Source: Macrostomum hystrix | Lineage: Eukaryota; Animalia; Platyhelminthes | Reading direction: 5' to 3' | NCBI GenBank assembly: GCA_950097015.1 | Contig: CATNEN010000039.1 | Coordinates: 14,322,001-14,386,000 of the forward strand | DNA length: 64,000 bases | Part shown: one piece after another, positions 1 to 12,810 of the stretch | How the letters are laid out: every line of letters begins with the position of its first letter | Numbering within the stretch: the stretch's first letter is position 1 | Made by a program: the position numbers and the translations under genes | Notes under the pieces: model-generated | Databases searched by the model: none | Told to the model about the DNA's origin: nothing | The model's input: the letters and a program-made list of their open reading frames with translations, nothing else

Positions 1-181
1 ATCACACTAGACTCAAACAGATCACACTAGACTCAAACAGATCACACTAGACTCAAACAGATCACACTAGACTCAAACAGATCACACTAGACTCAAACAA
101 GTTACATTAGACTCAAAACTACACAAGACTCAAAACTACACAAGACTCAAAACTACACTACTCAAAACTACACTAGACTCA
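1..181. repeat. Minisatellite: 20-bp unit ATCACACTAGACTCAAACAG (~5 copies) decaying into 17-bp ACTCAAAACTACACAAG units; runs off the window start
   Basis: Tandem copies read directly from positions 1-181. Confidence 0.95.
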
Positions 182-489
182 ATCATTTCTATCGAGAACA
201 TGTCTAGGGACCCGCATAGAAGACCCGCACATTTCAACCTTAAAGAAAACAGTTCTTGTCTCCCGAATGCTCTGCAAAAATGGCCACTTCTCATCTTTCC
301 TTTGCCACCATCTCCTAGAAGAGACAGCAGTCAGTCCTGCAAGAAAATACCGGTACCTAATTAACGCCAGTTCCGCCAGCTCTTCAGCTGTCGAATCGAT
401 GTTGGAGTGGACGGAGCCGAGATCAGAAAATTCGTGTTTTTCAAATAATTCTACTTAAGCATCATGCGTGAAGTTATTATCGAAATCTA

Positions 490-890
490 GCTACTTTAAG
501 TAGTTCGTCAGCGAGTAGGATCGTCAGCACCAGTCCAGTAGTACCTGCCAGCCACATTCGACTTAGAGTTGTAGTAGAATCCACTAGGGTTGCAGTTTGA
601 GCAGGATCTGAACCACTAGCCTCCGTTGCCACCTGTGCTCTGGGAGCAGAAACCGCTGTAGACATTGTTGTCCCTGTCCATTGTTGAGAACTGCATCCCC
701 TTGTGGTAAACGAGCGAGTCGCTAGTCATGTTGGAGCTGTCAGTCAAATAGGTGTCAAAAGTCATTGTGTAGTTGGTGCCGGCAGTGCCAACGGAGAAGC
801 CTGAGTACCCGCCGACGAACATGACTCCAGACTATGCAACAGCCTCCACTCTCAGCAGTCTTGTAGTCAGTTTTTGAATCGTCTGTAGAC
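490..890 (-). pseudogene. Fibrinogen-related domain (FReD) exon, pseudogenised
   Basis: Acceptor ttattttcAG at 892-891, then GLQTIQKLTTRLLRVEAVA*SG...YHKGMQFSTMDRDNN...C...GG*WFRSCSNCNPSG. The fibrinogen C-terminal motifs FST.DRDN and GGWW are present, with TAG stops at 832-834 and 616-618. Confidence 0.85.
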
Positions 891-990
891 CTGAAAATAA
901 TAACAAAGCTAGCTAGTAGTTTAATCCAAATTTTCTAGTAAATTCACGATCGACAGTAAAGCCAAATACAGTCGTCTTGATGACAGTCTG

Positions 991-1357
991 GATGGGTGGC
1001 AGAGCTGTTATCGCGCTTGCCTCTCGCACCAAGGTCCCTAGCTGTGCTCGATTCCGCGGCGAGGCCACATTTGTTTGAGGCGCAGCCGCAGAGAGAAGGC
1101 TTGGCCAAGGGGATTGTCGTGCAATATATCACCTTGAGGGCCAACCTTCAAAGCACAGTGAGAGTCTACACTGCCTGACGATGAGAAAGTCAGGGCAGAT
1201 GTACACACCTGTCTGAGTGTATGCCCGCGTACGGTATCTGTGTGTGTGTGCTCAGGAATCAGCGGAATGGGCAGAATTGCCTCGAAGATGGCTGCAGGTC
1301 TTCAGCCACCAAATGATGCGCCATTGCCCGCAGCCCTCATGCAATTATTTTTATTAT
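991..1357 (+). mobile_element. tRNA-derived SINE, family 1
   Basis: A-box-like TGGCAGAGCTG, B-box-like GCTCGATTCC and an (ATT)-rich tail. Aligns along its length with 12811-13177. Confidence 0.8.
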
Positions 1358-1444
1358 GGTAGTCAAGCAAACGACAGCTAACTCACGACTAGTCGTTATG
1401 AAACTGAGCGTCAGTCTGCTCAATACCAGTCTTCTCAAGGACAG

Positions 1445-1712
1445 TCAAACGATGCGCTCACCACTCTGAACTCTAAAAGCTTCCCTTCCAGGAGCCACGG
1501 TGGAGAAGTCTGCGTATTTGTCAGCTGACATCAGGCAGAGCTTGGCGTCTGGTCGGATAGCGGTGGTAGCGCAGGCGGCGTTGCTGGAGTTGGTGGCTGA
1601 GGCGCACAGTAGTGCACAATGAGTCCCGGTATGACCTGGTGCCGATGCCATGACCGTAGCAACTCCGTTAGTAACCACTGGGCCGCTTGAGAAGACTGCA
1701 AAGATACTATGC
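1445..1712 (-). pseudogene. Cys-rich PAN/apple-like segment, probably the N-terminal part of the FReD pseudogene
   Basis: HCALLCAS...AAC...LCLM cysteine spacing, same strand and upstream of the FReD exon, separated from it by a SINE. Confidence 0.4.
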
Positions 1713-2883
1713 TCATAATAATAATACATGCAATAATTTGTAGTCACAGGGTGTCTGTGATCACGACGCAGCTGCTGGTCACGTACACGTACTGAAATAG
1801 TACACTGACTCTATGCCTTGGCTGATGCCTGCGCCTTAGTGTGGCCTTACCGCGGATTCGAGCTCATGGGCTTTGGTGCAAGAGTCAGACGTGTTTCCTG
1901 CTACCCCCTTCTTTACCTGTTACCATAACCCCTAACAGTAGAGAGAGCACGTCACTTTACCCCTGGGGAAAGACCACGGGGGTAGTTCCCTGCCTACTTC
2001 ACGATATGCCAAACCGAATGACCGATTTTTGTGAAAGTCTGGATCAAAATTTTCCGCACTTAACGAAGAGGTACCTTTCAAAGTCGTCCGAGTCAGCGTC
2101 AAGATATTCAGCGATTCTTGTCGAAGACTGTATAAACTACAATTAATGGCGAATCTATATTGGTTAAAAACGTAATTGAAACAATAATAGCCACCATGGA
2201 TACAAGATCCATGGTGTGGGCAGAAAAAGTATGCCTATATTGCTGGTATTTGCCACCAGACACTCCGACGAGAATCGTTGATTATCTCGACGATGCCGAT
2301 GTTTTGTGACTATGGAAGCAGCTTCATACGATAGAGTGGAAGATACAGAAAAATGTATAATGTGGGTACTTTGAAAAACCCTCCGTGGTATTCTACAGTT
2401 TAAAAGCATAAATTTGAGTGGTGCAAAAGCAAAAATATCTTACGTAATTGCTCACTGGCAGACGAACTGAAGTTTCAGTCAAACTGAAACAAACAATGAC
2501 CAGAATCAGTTGTAGGCCGTAGATATACATTTTTTGCAACTAAAATGTACTCAAACTATCATGGAGGCATATTATAGTCACTCCATTAGAGTTTTGAAAC
2601 GCAGAATATATGTATATATATTGTGTTCAACTTTGCAAGAGAAACCCACACTCCTATGTTTTACATCACCTGTTCAATCCGTCTCACTCAGCTGAGCAGA
2701 TGGCCGCAACCTGAACTCATTCGCCAGTTTTAACAAGCTTTTAATATGCATGAGTTCACGGACATAATGTAATCATCGCATTGCCTAGCTGCTGCCTAAT
2801 CAAACATGGAATTCAATAACGCAGTCAGAGGTGCTTCTTGACAGATGCAGAAACAATGGTGGCATTGTGGCACTTTCTGCAAG

Positions 2884-3479
2884 GGGGCGAGTGGGTCAGC
2901 GGCTAACGTCGCTGCCTCGCACTCCAAAGGACGCTAGTTCGATTCACCCTTCAAGTCACGATTAATTTCGGGACTTGTTGGGGGGTTTGGACAGTAGCGA
3001 CCGGCGGAGGTGCACCATATTTCGTGCAATCAAAGCTTGAAACAATAGCTTCGCTCCTACCTTCTGTGTGCCTGTTCTGCGTTGTGTGAGTTGTGTGCGT
3101 TGGCGCTGGGGCGTGAGACCTTGCGGGGGGTGCTGGAGGGCGGGTGTACACCGCCGCGCGCTTTCTGGACTTCCGTCAGCGCGATTGGATAAGTGTACAC
3201 TCATCACCCGCCCTCCCCTGAGGACTGATTTCTTATCAGCCTTCCGCCCCCGGCTTGGTCTGCTATGTGCGTGTGGGGCTGGGGTGGGGGGCACTGCTGC
3301 CTATTCTGGGTGCCTCCTGCCCTCCCCGGCTGGTCTGTGCTGCTGTGTGTGGTGCCTGCTCAGGGGAGGCGGCGCGATGGGCGCAAAAGCGCCTAGTTCG
3401 CCGGTCTGGGGGCGTGCCGCTCCGTCGCTTGTGTGACAAGTGCCCCGGGCCCCCCTGCAAATAGATAGATAGAGATAGA
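2884..3479 (+). mobile_element. tRNA-derived SINE, family 2, with 15-bp TSD
   Basis: A box TGGGTCAGCGG, B box GTTCGATTC, (AGAT)n tail. TSD GGCACTTTCTGCAAG at 2869-2883 and 3480-3494. Homologous to 23604-23992. Confidence 0.9.
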
Positions 3480-4734
3480 GGCACTTTCTGCAAGTCTTTT
3501 CAGGCATACTTGTAAGCATAGCAGCTAGCTGTAGTTGGCTTGCAAAATTGAATCGATTGCTGCTTTCGAAGTCAATTCTGTTGGCATGCACGATTAGTTG
3601 GAGAGTTAAGTGCCTTCAAGCAATGGCCAGCAAAGTATAATAATTGTCATATCCGTTACCACAAAGACATATGGCGAGAATTCGATTCTAATAGCACGAG
3701 AATATCGGATTCAAAAAATATCTACCAAAACACATTTGGTGTTGATTTTTTACAGGCAACTTTTTCAGTAAGTAACAGTGAAATTCTAGAAGATTGCCAA
3801 TACCTAGAACACTCCATGCTTTAACCCACATTATAATGGATCTTACTTGATTTAACTTTTTATTGATGATGATGGAGGTTGTGCTATTGAGGATAATGAT
3901 GATGAGAATAATGATGAGGATAATGGTGATGCCGGTCCGTCCTGCAGCGTTGTCCAGCGTAGGAAATGAAGTGGCTCGTCTTGTCGCCCAGAGGAACTGG
4001 ATGAGCCGTGGGATGATGAAGGGTTTTTGTTAAGAAGTATGTTCCTAAGCCTGCGAGATGGGCGCAGAACTGCGGCACGGGATTGCCGACAAGTCTGGGT
4101 GACCGCCCACCTGTCCCTGTGGAGAGAATCAGCCAAGTCAGATCAGACCTGTATCTAGTCTCTGATAGAGACAACATCGCACGACGATGGACGATAAACA
4201 GTTATAAGAAGAAAATGATGATGATAGTGATTATGATTTCAATAACTTAAAACCCCAGCTTCGATGCCGCTCCTGGCAATGCTAACTTTTCAAACTTCAA
4301 AATAGCTGTGGCTGTGCTGTTGGCCATACATCTAAAGTGTAATACGATCTGTCAAAGTGTAATACGTATTTTCTTCTGTTAGCACAACAACACAAATAGG
4401 AAGCCGTTCAAACGGAAAAGTTCTTAAACGTTTTTGCGGTAGTCTGCTGCATGCTAAGAAAGTAAAGAAAGTTGTAATTCTATAAATATTTGCTGAAAGT
4501 ACGAGTACCAGTAACGAGAACAAGAAATTAAATAATCGATTATTGTCTATTTTAAGTTGTTTATAAGTTGTCCGTCGATAATTAGCAAGAAATAAATATT
4601 GAATATCGCATCGTTAAATACAGAATTAGCTCAAGTATGTAAACAAAGTTTTGTTCATAATATTTTTTTACAAAAAGGTCTTCCAATGAAAGTCCAAAAC
4701 GATAACAATAAAATTGTAGCAAAAACTATAATGA

Positions 4735-4990
4735 AGCATGTAGCAGAGTGGTTAGAGCTGCGAGCATCTGATCGAGGGAATCAAGTTTCTTCCTCAGCAA
4801 GACAACACGAAATGGAATTCCCTAGCTCTTCAGTTCCCACAGCTGTAAAACGGGTGCCAGCATCAGCGGCGGTAGAAAGTGGCGGCCTCCAAAGTCCACG
4901 GACTCAACAGTAACTTTTGTACGCGGTCTTACGAAACACTGCGCAGGAACTGAGGCTGTCACTCTGCCACGCAGCTTTAGTCACTAAAGT
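4735..4990 (+). mobile_element. Degenerate SINE, family 3, with a conserved central domain
   Basis: A box TAGCAGAGTGG and the motif CAGTTCCCACAGCTGTAAAACGGGT. Related motifs at ~25835-25920 (+) and ~48240-48290 (-). Confidence 0.5.
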
Positions 4991-5129
4991 ACTTGCAAAT
5001 GAAATGTTAGTCACTAAATAATCTGCGTTAAGTTGCAAATTTTTGTGCGATCGAGTTGCACAGAACAGCAGAAAGCTAATTCAAAGAAATGTTAATAATT
5101 AACAATTAATCACATCTACGCTCGTACAA

Positions 5130-7123
5130 TCAACTTTTATCGCAGCTTTTCTGTCGTCGCCGACTGATCACCATCGCGACGTCCAGGACGCAGAGACAGC
5201 CGAATCCAATAAATGTAGACACGCACAGGACACAGAAGGACAGCTTGTAGGAGCCGGTGACGTCATTGATGCCGCCAGCCAGCGGTGGTCCGACAGCAAC
5301 GCCGAGGCCGCGACAGAGGACAAGCAGGCCGATTCCTGTGCGGCAGTTCTCCCGTCCGATCAAATCGGCCAGGACGCAGTAGAGCTGGCTAATAAACAGG
5401 CCTGAGGTCAGGCCGAAAGCTGCCGACACAAACATGAACGGGACCAGGCTGTTAATAAAAGCATAGGCGCCGATGCTTGATGCCGTGAGCAGCATTCCCA
5501 AGCCCCAGAAGCGTCTGCGCTGCGGCAACAGGCACTGCATGTCAAAAAGCAGACCGAAGCCGAACCGGGATACTGTATCAAAGGCACCTGAGGAAAAGAC
5601 AAATAATTGGGCCTTGAGACTACATGGCTGCCCATAGACATTGTTAGATTGTTAAGAGACAACAACATAACGTCAACGAGACGCTCCACTCAGTTTTGTG
5701 GCTTTTGATTGCACGAGCACGTTTAAGAGTACACAGCTTCATTGCCCAACTTAAAAAATATGCTTAAATTTGTTGGATTTAACTAAAATATTTACCTTTT
5801 TCGCACCAGTGCTGAACTGATTGGTTTTGTTTGCACAGATTACTTACGAGCGGACCTTTCGCATTTTACTAACTAACCGAAACTTCAATAGTTTATGCAT
5901 TTTGAAATAACAAGTTTAGTGACAGAGGCAACGCACCCCTCACCTGAAATAGAGACTTGTAGCACGGAGGCGGTTTCCGTCAGTCCCATCAGCTCCGCGT
6001 AGTGCGGAACAATCACTGGCACGGACATAGTTCCGGTTGATATAAAAAATGAGGCGACTGCGAATAAGCTGAACTGCCAGTTTGAAAACAGATGCAGGTC
6101 AAAGCTCTCCAACAACTGCGCGATGAACTCGCGACAGACGCTGCGACGCTTGCCTCCCGAGTCTGCACTTTTGGACAACAAGGACTGCTTCTCATCAGTT
6201 TCCTCCTCAGAGTCATCATCAGCCTTCGAGTCTGTTGGGCCTTCGAGCGCAGAATTATTGTCTTGCTTGTCGATAAGTCCATTCTTCTCATTCGGTATCG
6301 AACTCGGTGCACTCTTCTTCAGCGTCTCGCTTTTGAGTCCAGCCTTCTCAGATACGCCACCACAGCAGCCAGCTTCAGCTCGTTCGCTTCCATGAAGCGC
6401 TGACGACTCGTCCTGATGTTCGGGTAGTGGATACAGCAGTGCTCCACATACGAGTAGGTTGAGTGACAGTGCGCTCAGAATGAGCATGCATCCGCGAAAT
6501 GAGTACACCTGGATGAGAAAATGTGTGAGCAGAGGCAGCACGAAACTGCCGATTCCGGTGCCAGCAGTCGCCAGGCCGAGGGCTATGGCCTTGCGCTTGC
6601 AGAAGTAGTCGTTTATTGCCAACAGACCCGCTGTGTAGGCCAGTCCATTGCCGACTCCCGTCATTAAGCCGAGGGTGAGGTAGATGAGCAGCAGACTGTG
6701 AGAAAAGGAGCTCAGCAACAGTCCCAGGAATGAAATTATTCCTCCGGCCATTGTGACGGAACGGAAGCCGAAGTACTTGCACAGAACGCTAGTTATAGGA
6801 CCTAGTAGTATTTTTTTGCTTTAGTAATTTTATTTACATCATTACTTGACGTTCGGAAGGATCTATATGAAACTCGGGTAAAAAATGCTTGCAAAAATGA
6901 GAATGGCCAGGATGACGTTCTTACCAACGAGACACCTCGCGGAGAACAACAGAGCAGCAAAGCCGGCAGTTGAAGCTGACGAGACCTGCAAGTCCTCCAG
7001 AATCTCTCGATAGAACACTCCACTGGCCCGGTCGAGTCCACAAGTCAGGAAGTGCATCCAATGCGCCGAGACGACCACCATCCAGCCCCAGCCACCGTCG
7101 AGAGCTTTGCTGTGCATCATCAT
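5130..7123 (-). CDS. Monocarboxylate transporter (SLC16/MCT family, MFS), paralogue 1; exons 7123-6925, 6801-5944, 5587-5130 (~504 aa)
   Basis: DGGWGW signature, YFCKRKAIALGLA, TM8 D-x3-R (FDTVSR), GPPLAG. GT-AG phase-1 introns give a continuous 1515-nt frame. Confidence 0.92.
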
Positions 7124-8130
7124 GTCTTCCTACCGAGCGATTGGGGCTGTTCGTTGAAATGGAAGCGTTGTGGAAGTTGCTGTGGAATTTGCAAATATAA
7201 AAAATATTATACACATTCATAGATCCATCATTTCACATAGTTCTAGGCCAAGTCATTAACTGCTACTTACAATATTTTATGACTGACTCACATGTTACTC
7301 TGTGAGAGAGTCGATTAGGCAGATTCTACATGCTTCTAAAAGGCCCATTTTAATAATCATTAGCGTTGTTTTTTTTCTGTTTACTACTGCTTCGCTTACA
7401 AGCGAATTCTGTGCAATTCTGTGCAGAAACCCGATTATTAAAATAGCCACGTTTTTAAACAAGCTAGCGAAGTACCTTATTAAGTACCTTAAGTACTGGT
7501 ACCTGAAGTACCTTATTCACTTATTAAGCATTGAATACCTTCCAAATTTATTTTCGAAATTCAAAAGCGATCTACCTAACGATCTCCTCAATTCCTGTGC
7601 TGTTATTTAGTACGTAGAATTCAGACATTCTTTGCAGCTTCGATGTTGATTCTCATTTTACAACAACCAACTGAAGCTTGCTGTTAACCTCGCCTCTGAA
7701 TTGGAGTACAGAAGAAACTATATTGCAACTTTTTTTCATAATCGATCATATGTAGTACAGGCAAACGAGGGCTGTCCCCTCACACTGACGTCTGAATGTC
7801 TCATTATCAAACAAATAACTGGAAGTCCCTTGATTGTGCGCCCAAATTATCCAGACGTTATGTTTAGGACACTCTTGTTGTCTTTCACACATTAGAAACA
7901 TACTGGACCATTTTGAGGTTCTCAATTACACGAGTACGGTTCGATTTTGAACATAAGTTCGCCAACGAGACAGCTGCTTTAAAAAAACCTCCGTTCACTG
8001 ACTCCAGCATCGAATTACATAGTGAAGCCCTCTTCATAAAACTCTTCCGCAAAAAAGCATTTGCGTAGTTCCCAGAAAATTCCCTGGAAATCCCCTGGAA
8101 ATCCCCTGCAAATCGGTATGGCCTGATCAA

Positions 8131-8815
8131 ATGCTGGTCAACGCGGCAGGTCTCCGGGCCCGCAGGCTTCAACTCCGGCACTTCCTGGACACGCAGGGAA
8201 TTGACGTCGAAGCCGCGCGCTCGGTTCACGGGGGCGTCTGCTTCCTGGTCCCCGAAGGGATTCCGTTCTCCAACGCATCAGACGCTACACTGATCCGGGC
8301 CCTGGATGGCGGCCCGGCACGTTCTCACTTGCTGAGCTGCACTGGCATCTGGCACTGCCTCCTGGAATTTGCCGCGCAGACGCCCGTGACCGTCCAGTGG
8401 GTGCCAGAGCACAGCGAGCTGGGGCAAAACGAGGAGGCGGACGCGACGGCCAGGTCCGCTGTCGAGCTCCCACTAAGCGGCGCTGCGGTGAGCCTCCAGG
8501 CTGCATGCTCCGCCTTTGAGCGGGCGACCAAGACCAGAGCCTACGAGGCGTACGCCGCCGACCCCCTCTGTGTACCGCACAGCAATGCGAGCAACGGCGC
8601 GGGCCTGAATGAGTTCAGCAGCCGCGCCGACGCTGTCCTGCTAGCTTAGCTCCGGACAGGCCACTCGCCAGCCCTCAAGAGCTACCCTCATCGGCTCGGG
8701 CTTGACGCTGGCACCTGGGAAAAAACCCGACGCTGGCCGTCCTTTATCATCAACGGCCCGCGCATCCTATATTTCCTGCGCGAGATCGGGGCTGTGACCC
8801 GCTCCCCGGAGGCAC
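8131..8815 (+). mobile_element. Internally deleted non-LTR retrotransposon (I/Ingi/Nimb-like): APE N-terminus joined to RNase H and the C-terminus
   Basis: NAAGL...GIDV and GGVCFLV (APE), then VQWVPEHSELGQNEEADATAR (RNase H) and LA*LRTGHS. The RT domain is absent. Confidence 0.75.
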
Positions 8816-9279
8816 TTATCCTGCCAGAAAAACAAAGAAAACTGCTGCAGGATGTCTAGTGGCGTATTCTTCTGCTGAAGCTGCATGAGGAAGAAATCGA
8901 GCTGCAGTAGATGTTGACCTATTTAAGGGGAATCTGGCTCTCAACTGACCGTGGTGGTTTGTTTGCATGCTGGAGCATGGGTTGTCCCGCATGGTGCCGC
9001 AATCTACCATTAAGCTCCGCTTCGGCCAGTCCATGGCGGCAACCTACATGTACCAAGGCACCAAGTCTTAACTGAATGATTTCGAGCTGGCGTGACAAAT
9101 GTCACCTGTTTTTCGACTAGCTCACCTTGAACCTGCTGAAGCCGGTTGGGCTTTATCTTGAACTAGGCCGAGTGCCAACAAGGAACTCAGCGCATTACGC
9201 TACTCGGCGTCAAATTCGATAGGGTTGCTGGTGTTGCGCGAGGAAGGAGCTGGCTGAGCTGTTGGCAACCGAATGGAGC

Positions 9280-9450
9280 AAGGACAGGATGCGTGCGTAC
9301 GGCATTGGTCGCCAGCTCCTTGTCTATATGGTCTCGTGTCAACTCAACACCTGATCTGACAAAGCATGTTGCTACCACACTCGAGTTGGCAAACAAGAAC
9401 TGGAACTGTGGGTGACAAGAAAACGACCTGTATCTCCGCACATATTATAC
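9280..9450 (+). mobile_element. Tyrosine-recombinase retrotransposon remnant, left part (interrupted by Tc1)
   Basis: Aligns with 54760-54890 (cagct.cttgtcta.atggt.tcgtgtcaact...ctaccacactc). Confidence 0.6.
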
Positions 9451-9454
9451 AGGT

Positions 9455-11091
9455 CAGTGGCGCACAATGAATTTAGACCACCTAACAAAAAAGTTAACTT
9501 TTTTTTCATAACCTGCACAAATTGGGGGAGCATTTAAATCTAAACAGTTATTGATAACAATGGCATTGAACAATTAAATTAATGATGTCTTGGGTAATTA
9601 GTCGCTATTCAGTACTTTTAATTGGAGTCCCTTATCTCGCTTTAGAATTTGAAATGTCACAGAGTAATAAGACCACTTCATTATTTCGGCTAAAATATGC
9701 CATACAAGTGGCCCTGCTGATTCTTCCAAAGCATCAAATTCAATACTACTGCAAGCAAAAATTATCTTGAAATTCCAAGAATGGGTAAAGGCTGAGCTCT
9801 GTCGCCTGAGTCATGTAGGAAAATCAAGACCCTGTTTGACCAAGGAGATTCTCAGCGTGCCATCGCCACGCAGCTGGGAAAGTCAAAAACTTGCATCCAG
9901 CAAGCACTCAGGCGCCTCAGCAGCACTGGCAGCACAGGCTATGCCTCAAGACCTGGCAGGGCACCGAAAACTGTCCACCGACTGGATCGACGAATTGTGC
10001 GAATGTCCGAGTCCAACAGTCGGCTCACTGCTGTGGACATCAGCCGTGAACTGCTCGTATCCTGCAATGTCCAGCTGCACCCTATGACTGTCCGCCGCCG
10101 CCTGGTAGCTGCTGGACTGCATGGCCGCGTCGCTAGGAAGAAGCCAAATTCATCTCCGACAAAAACCGAAAGCGTCGCTTGAACTGGGCAAAGCAGCATG
10201 CCAGCTGGACAACAGGGGACTGGACCAATGGTCATCTGGAGTGACGAGAGCAAGTTTTCCGCACCGGTTCTGATGGCCGCCGGTATGTGCGCCACGGAGA
10301 TTGTGAGGAATTCGATCCCAGGTGCACCATTGGTACCGTGAAGCATGGAGGTGGCAGTGTCATGGTGTGGGCTGCATTCTCCAGAGCTGGACCTGGGCTA
10401 ATAACTCGCATTGAGGGCATCATGGATAGTCAGCAGTACCGTGACATCCTCAGCAGCCACCTACCAGAGGCAGTAGATGCACTGCCACTGAGTACAGTGA
10501 ACAGCTGGCAGTTTCAGCAGGACAACAATCCCAAGCACACCTCCAAGGTTGTGAAGGCATGGCTTGCTGAGAACAACATCCGCACCATGGACTAGCCAGC
10601 ACAGTCACCAGACCTCAACCCGATTGAGAATCTATGGAACTGGGTTGAGCGGGACATCCAGAGGCAGCAGCCAGCTTCCACTGACCAGCTGTACCGTATC
10701 ATTGAGCACTCGTGGGCTGCCATCCCGCCTGAAGTGTGCCAGAAGCTGGTGGACAGCATGCCTAGGCGGTGCCATGCCGTAATTAAGTCGAAAGGACACG
10801 CCACAAAGTATTAGAGAAGTTAGTTGTGTAATCAGTGACATTTTCTTTACTTATTTCCCCAATATTTATATGTAGTCTTATTTCAATTTTATGCTTTAAA
10901 ATGTACTTTCCACTCAAATATCTGCTTTTTGAACTAAAAACAGTGAACAGTGAACCAAAACACTGTACAACTAACTTTCAGCAATGTTCTAACAAGTTTT
11001 GCATTAAATTTACTGCTTGAATTAAGCTTAAGGATCAGTGTGGCTAAAGTAATTTTTTTACTTGTTGGTCTTATTACATTGTGCGCCACGG
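9455..11091 (+). mobile_element. Tc1-family DNA transposon (DD34E type), defective; transposase ~9781-10814
   Basis: Imperfect TIRs C(A/C)GTGGCGCACAATG..., TA after the right end. Motifs WSDESKF, TVKHGGGSVMVW, FQQDNNPKH, *PAQSPDLNPIENLW. Stops at 9793 and 10593 plus frameshifts. Confidence 0.92.
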
Positions 11092-11093
11092 TA

Positions 11094-11520
11094 TTTCGTT
11101 ATCTGCTGTTAGCTGTGCATGCTCTGGAAATCTATTTCACCGCTAACTTAGGGAAAAGGCCTGTGAGCGCTGCGCCGACATCCTTTAACATCCGCCTGGA
11201 GCATGGGAAGACTTTCAAGTTCATAGAGCGCGTGCATCATCAGGTGCTTTTACCAAAGCTTCAGTCAAGAAAAATCAACACTCTGCAATTACCGGATGCG
11301 CGCCTCTTTACCTATCGCGATGCCAGTGGCAACCAGCGGCTGCTGACAGACAGCTGTCTTGATCGTTTTGCGACATCCGACATCATGCAGATCAGAGACT
11401 TAAAGAGTGACGCAGTGCAGCGTTATCTCCCGCAGTTTCAGCAGGGCTTAACCGCGCGTCTGTGGTGTTCACGGCTGGTGTAGGAACTCTAATTTGACAA
11501 CCTTGCGCAGTTTTTCATAC
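11094..11520 (+). mobile_element. Tyrosine-recombinase (DIRS/Ngaro-like) remnant, right part
   Basis: IMQIRDLKSDAVQRYL (degenerate GDWKSDAV..Y), homologous to 54960-55470. Confidence 0.7.
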
Positions 11521-12810
11521 TTACATGTACTTTTAGCCTTTGTCCGCTTCCCTCCAATTAATTGCTTTTAGCTTTGGAGGTCTTATGCTCTTGCTCGTTG
11601 CATTGTGCTTTGTGACAATAATATTCCACGACTCGCTTACTAGGCACCAAGATACTTGTTATCTTCCGCACATCCAAAGTTTTGCCTTGTCGGTTTCAGT
11701 CCGACTTCAACTGCTCTGTTGACCAGAGTGTCTCCAACGTGGGAAAGATTAACAGACACCTGTTCACAAGAACCCGAGAGCTCTAGCTCGAACCGTCAGC
11801 ATAAAAACCCGTGTTTCGGACTACAATTCCTGCTCCAACAGTATACCTGTATAACTGAAGGAGTGTGGGACAAAAATGTACGCAATCTCCGTTCGGTTTA
11901 TCCGAATTGATATTCACTTTCGTTGTTTACTACCCGTCCCTAATGTTCTTTACATTCTAGCTAGCTAGGTAATTGAACCGCTTTGTGATGCTAAATATTG
12001 ATTAGCGGATATCTTATCGGGTGTCTCCATCCAGAAGCAACTTGCCTTCAGCAAGTGTAACCTCCGACTGCATGGCGACCTTAGCCTGCCAGAACTGGAC
12101 AGGGCCTGCTGATCCTCTCGGATGGAATTCCGTCGATTCAAAACAAGCATTACGTCAGGAGGTGCGTGATTACAAGCAACTCCATGAAACACACAGCTTC
12201 ACATGTGGTCTCAAATCAACTCCGTCCCTGGATTGAGCAACTGTCAGCTGATGTCAGGAAGGAAGAACTGTGGCGACATTTTTCCAACACACTGCGCTTC
12301 ACTGCTGCGGCGGCCAACAGCGGCAGGACAAAGCAGGGGCAGAGGAGCCCAGGCTAGCAAGTTGGCAACGTGGCGCCCCATGGAAGTGGTGCCCCCCAGA
12401 CGCGCCCCTTAACTGGCTACGTCACTGTGTATCAATTGGAGCCGTCTACACTGGGAGAACCTTGACTACGGTTGGTTGGACTCTCTGGTGCGCCTTAGCG
12501 GATCAACGGCGGAAGTGTCGTCAAAGTCAAAGATCTGATTGACCCGAGACTGCAAAAAAAATAGATCACTGCTTTCCCCCCAGCAGGCTCTTGGCTTAGA
12601 GTTGGATGCCGACGTACATGCAGTCACTGCCGCTGTAGTGGGACTTACTAGCCTTAAGTACGAGCGTATGTGCGATTCACAAGATAGATCGCACGGGGCT
12701 TGACCAGATGCAGGTTCCGTTGGATGCCTCGTTCGAGGCATGCACACAGGATTAACTGGAGCTAATGTCTGATTTCGGTCTCAAACCGAAATAGTTGTAC
12801 CGAAGTTGGA

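Noticed and set aside
1171-1198. Hammerhead ribozyme (CTGACGA...GAAA) in SINE family 1
   Set aside because: Stem II is absent and GAAA is not conserved in the 12811 copy; it reads as a simple hairpin.
2884-2960. tRNA genes at SINE heads (also ~991, 12811, 23920-23992)
   Set aside because: There is no complete cloverleaf; they continue into SINE bodies with tails and, for family 2, TSDs.
3850-4200. Penelope-like linker remnant (VLRPSRRLRNILL) between (GAT)n tracts
   Set aside because: Only one weak motif; no RT or GIY-YIG signature is visible.
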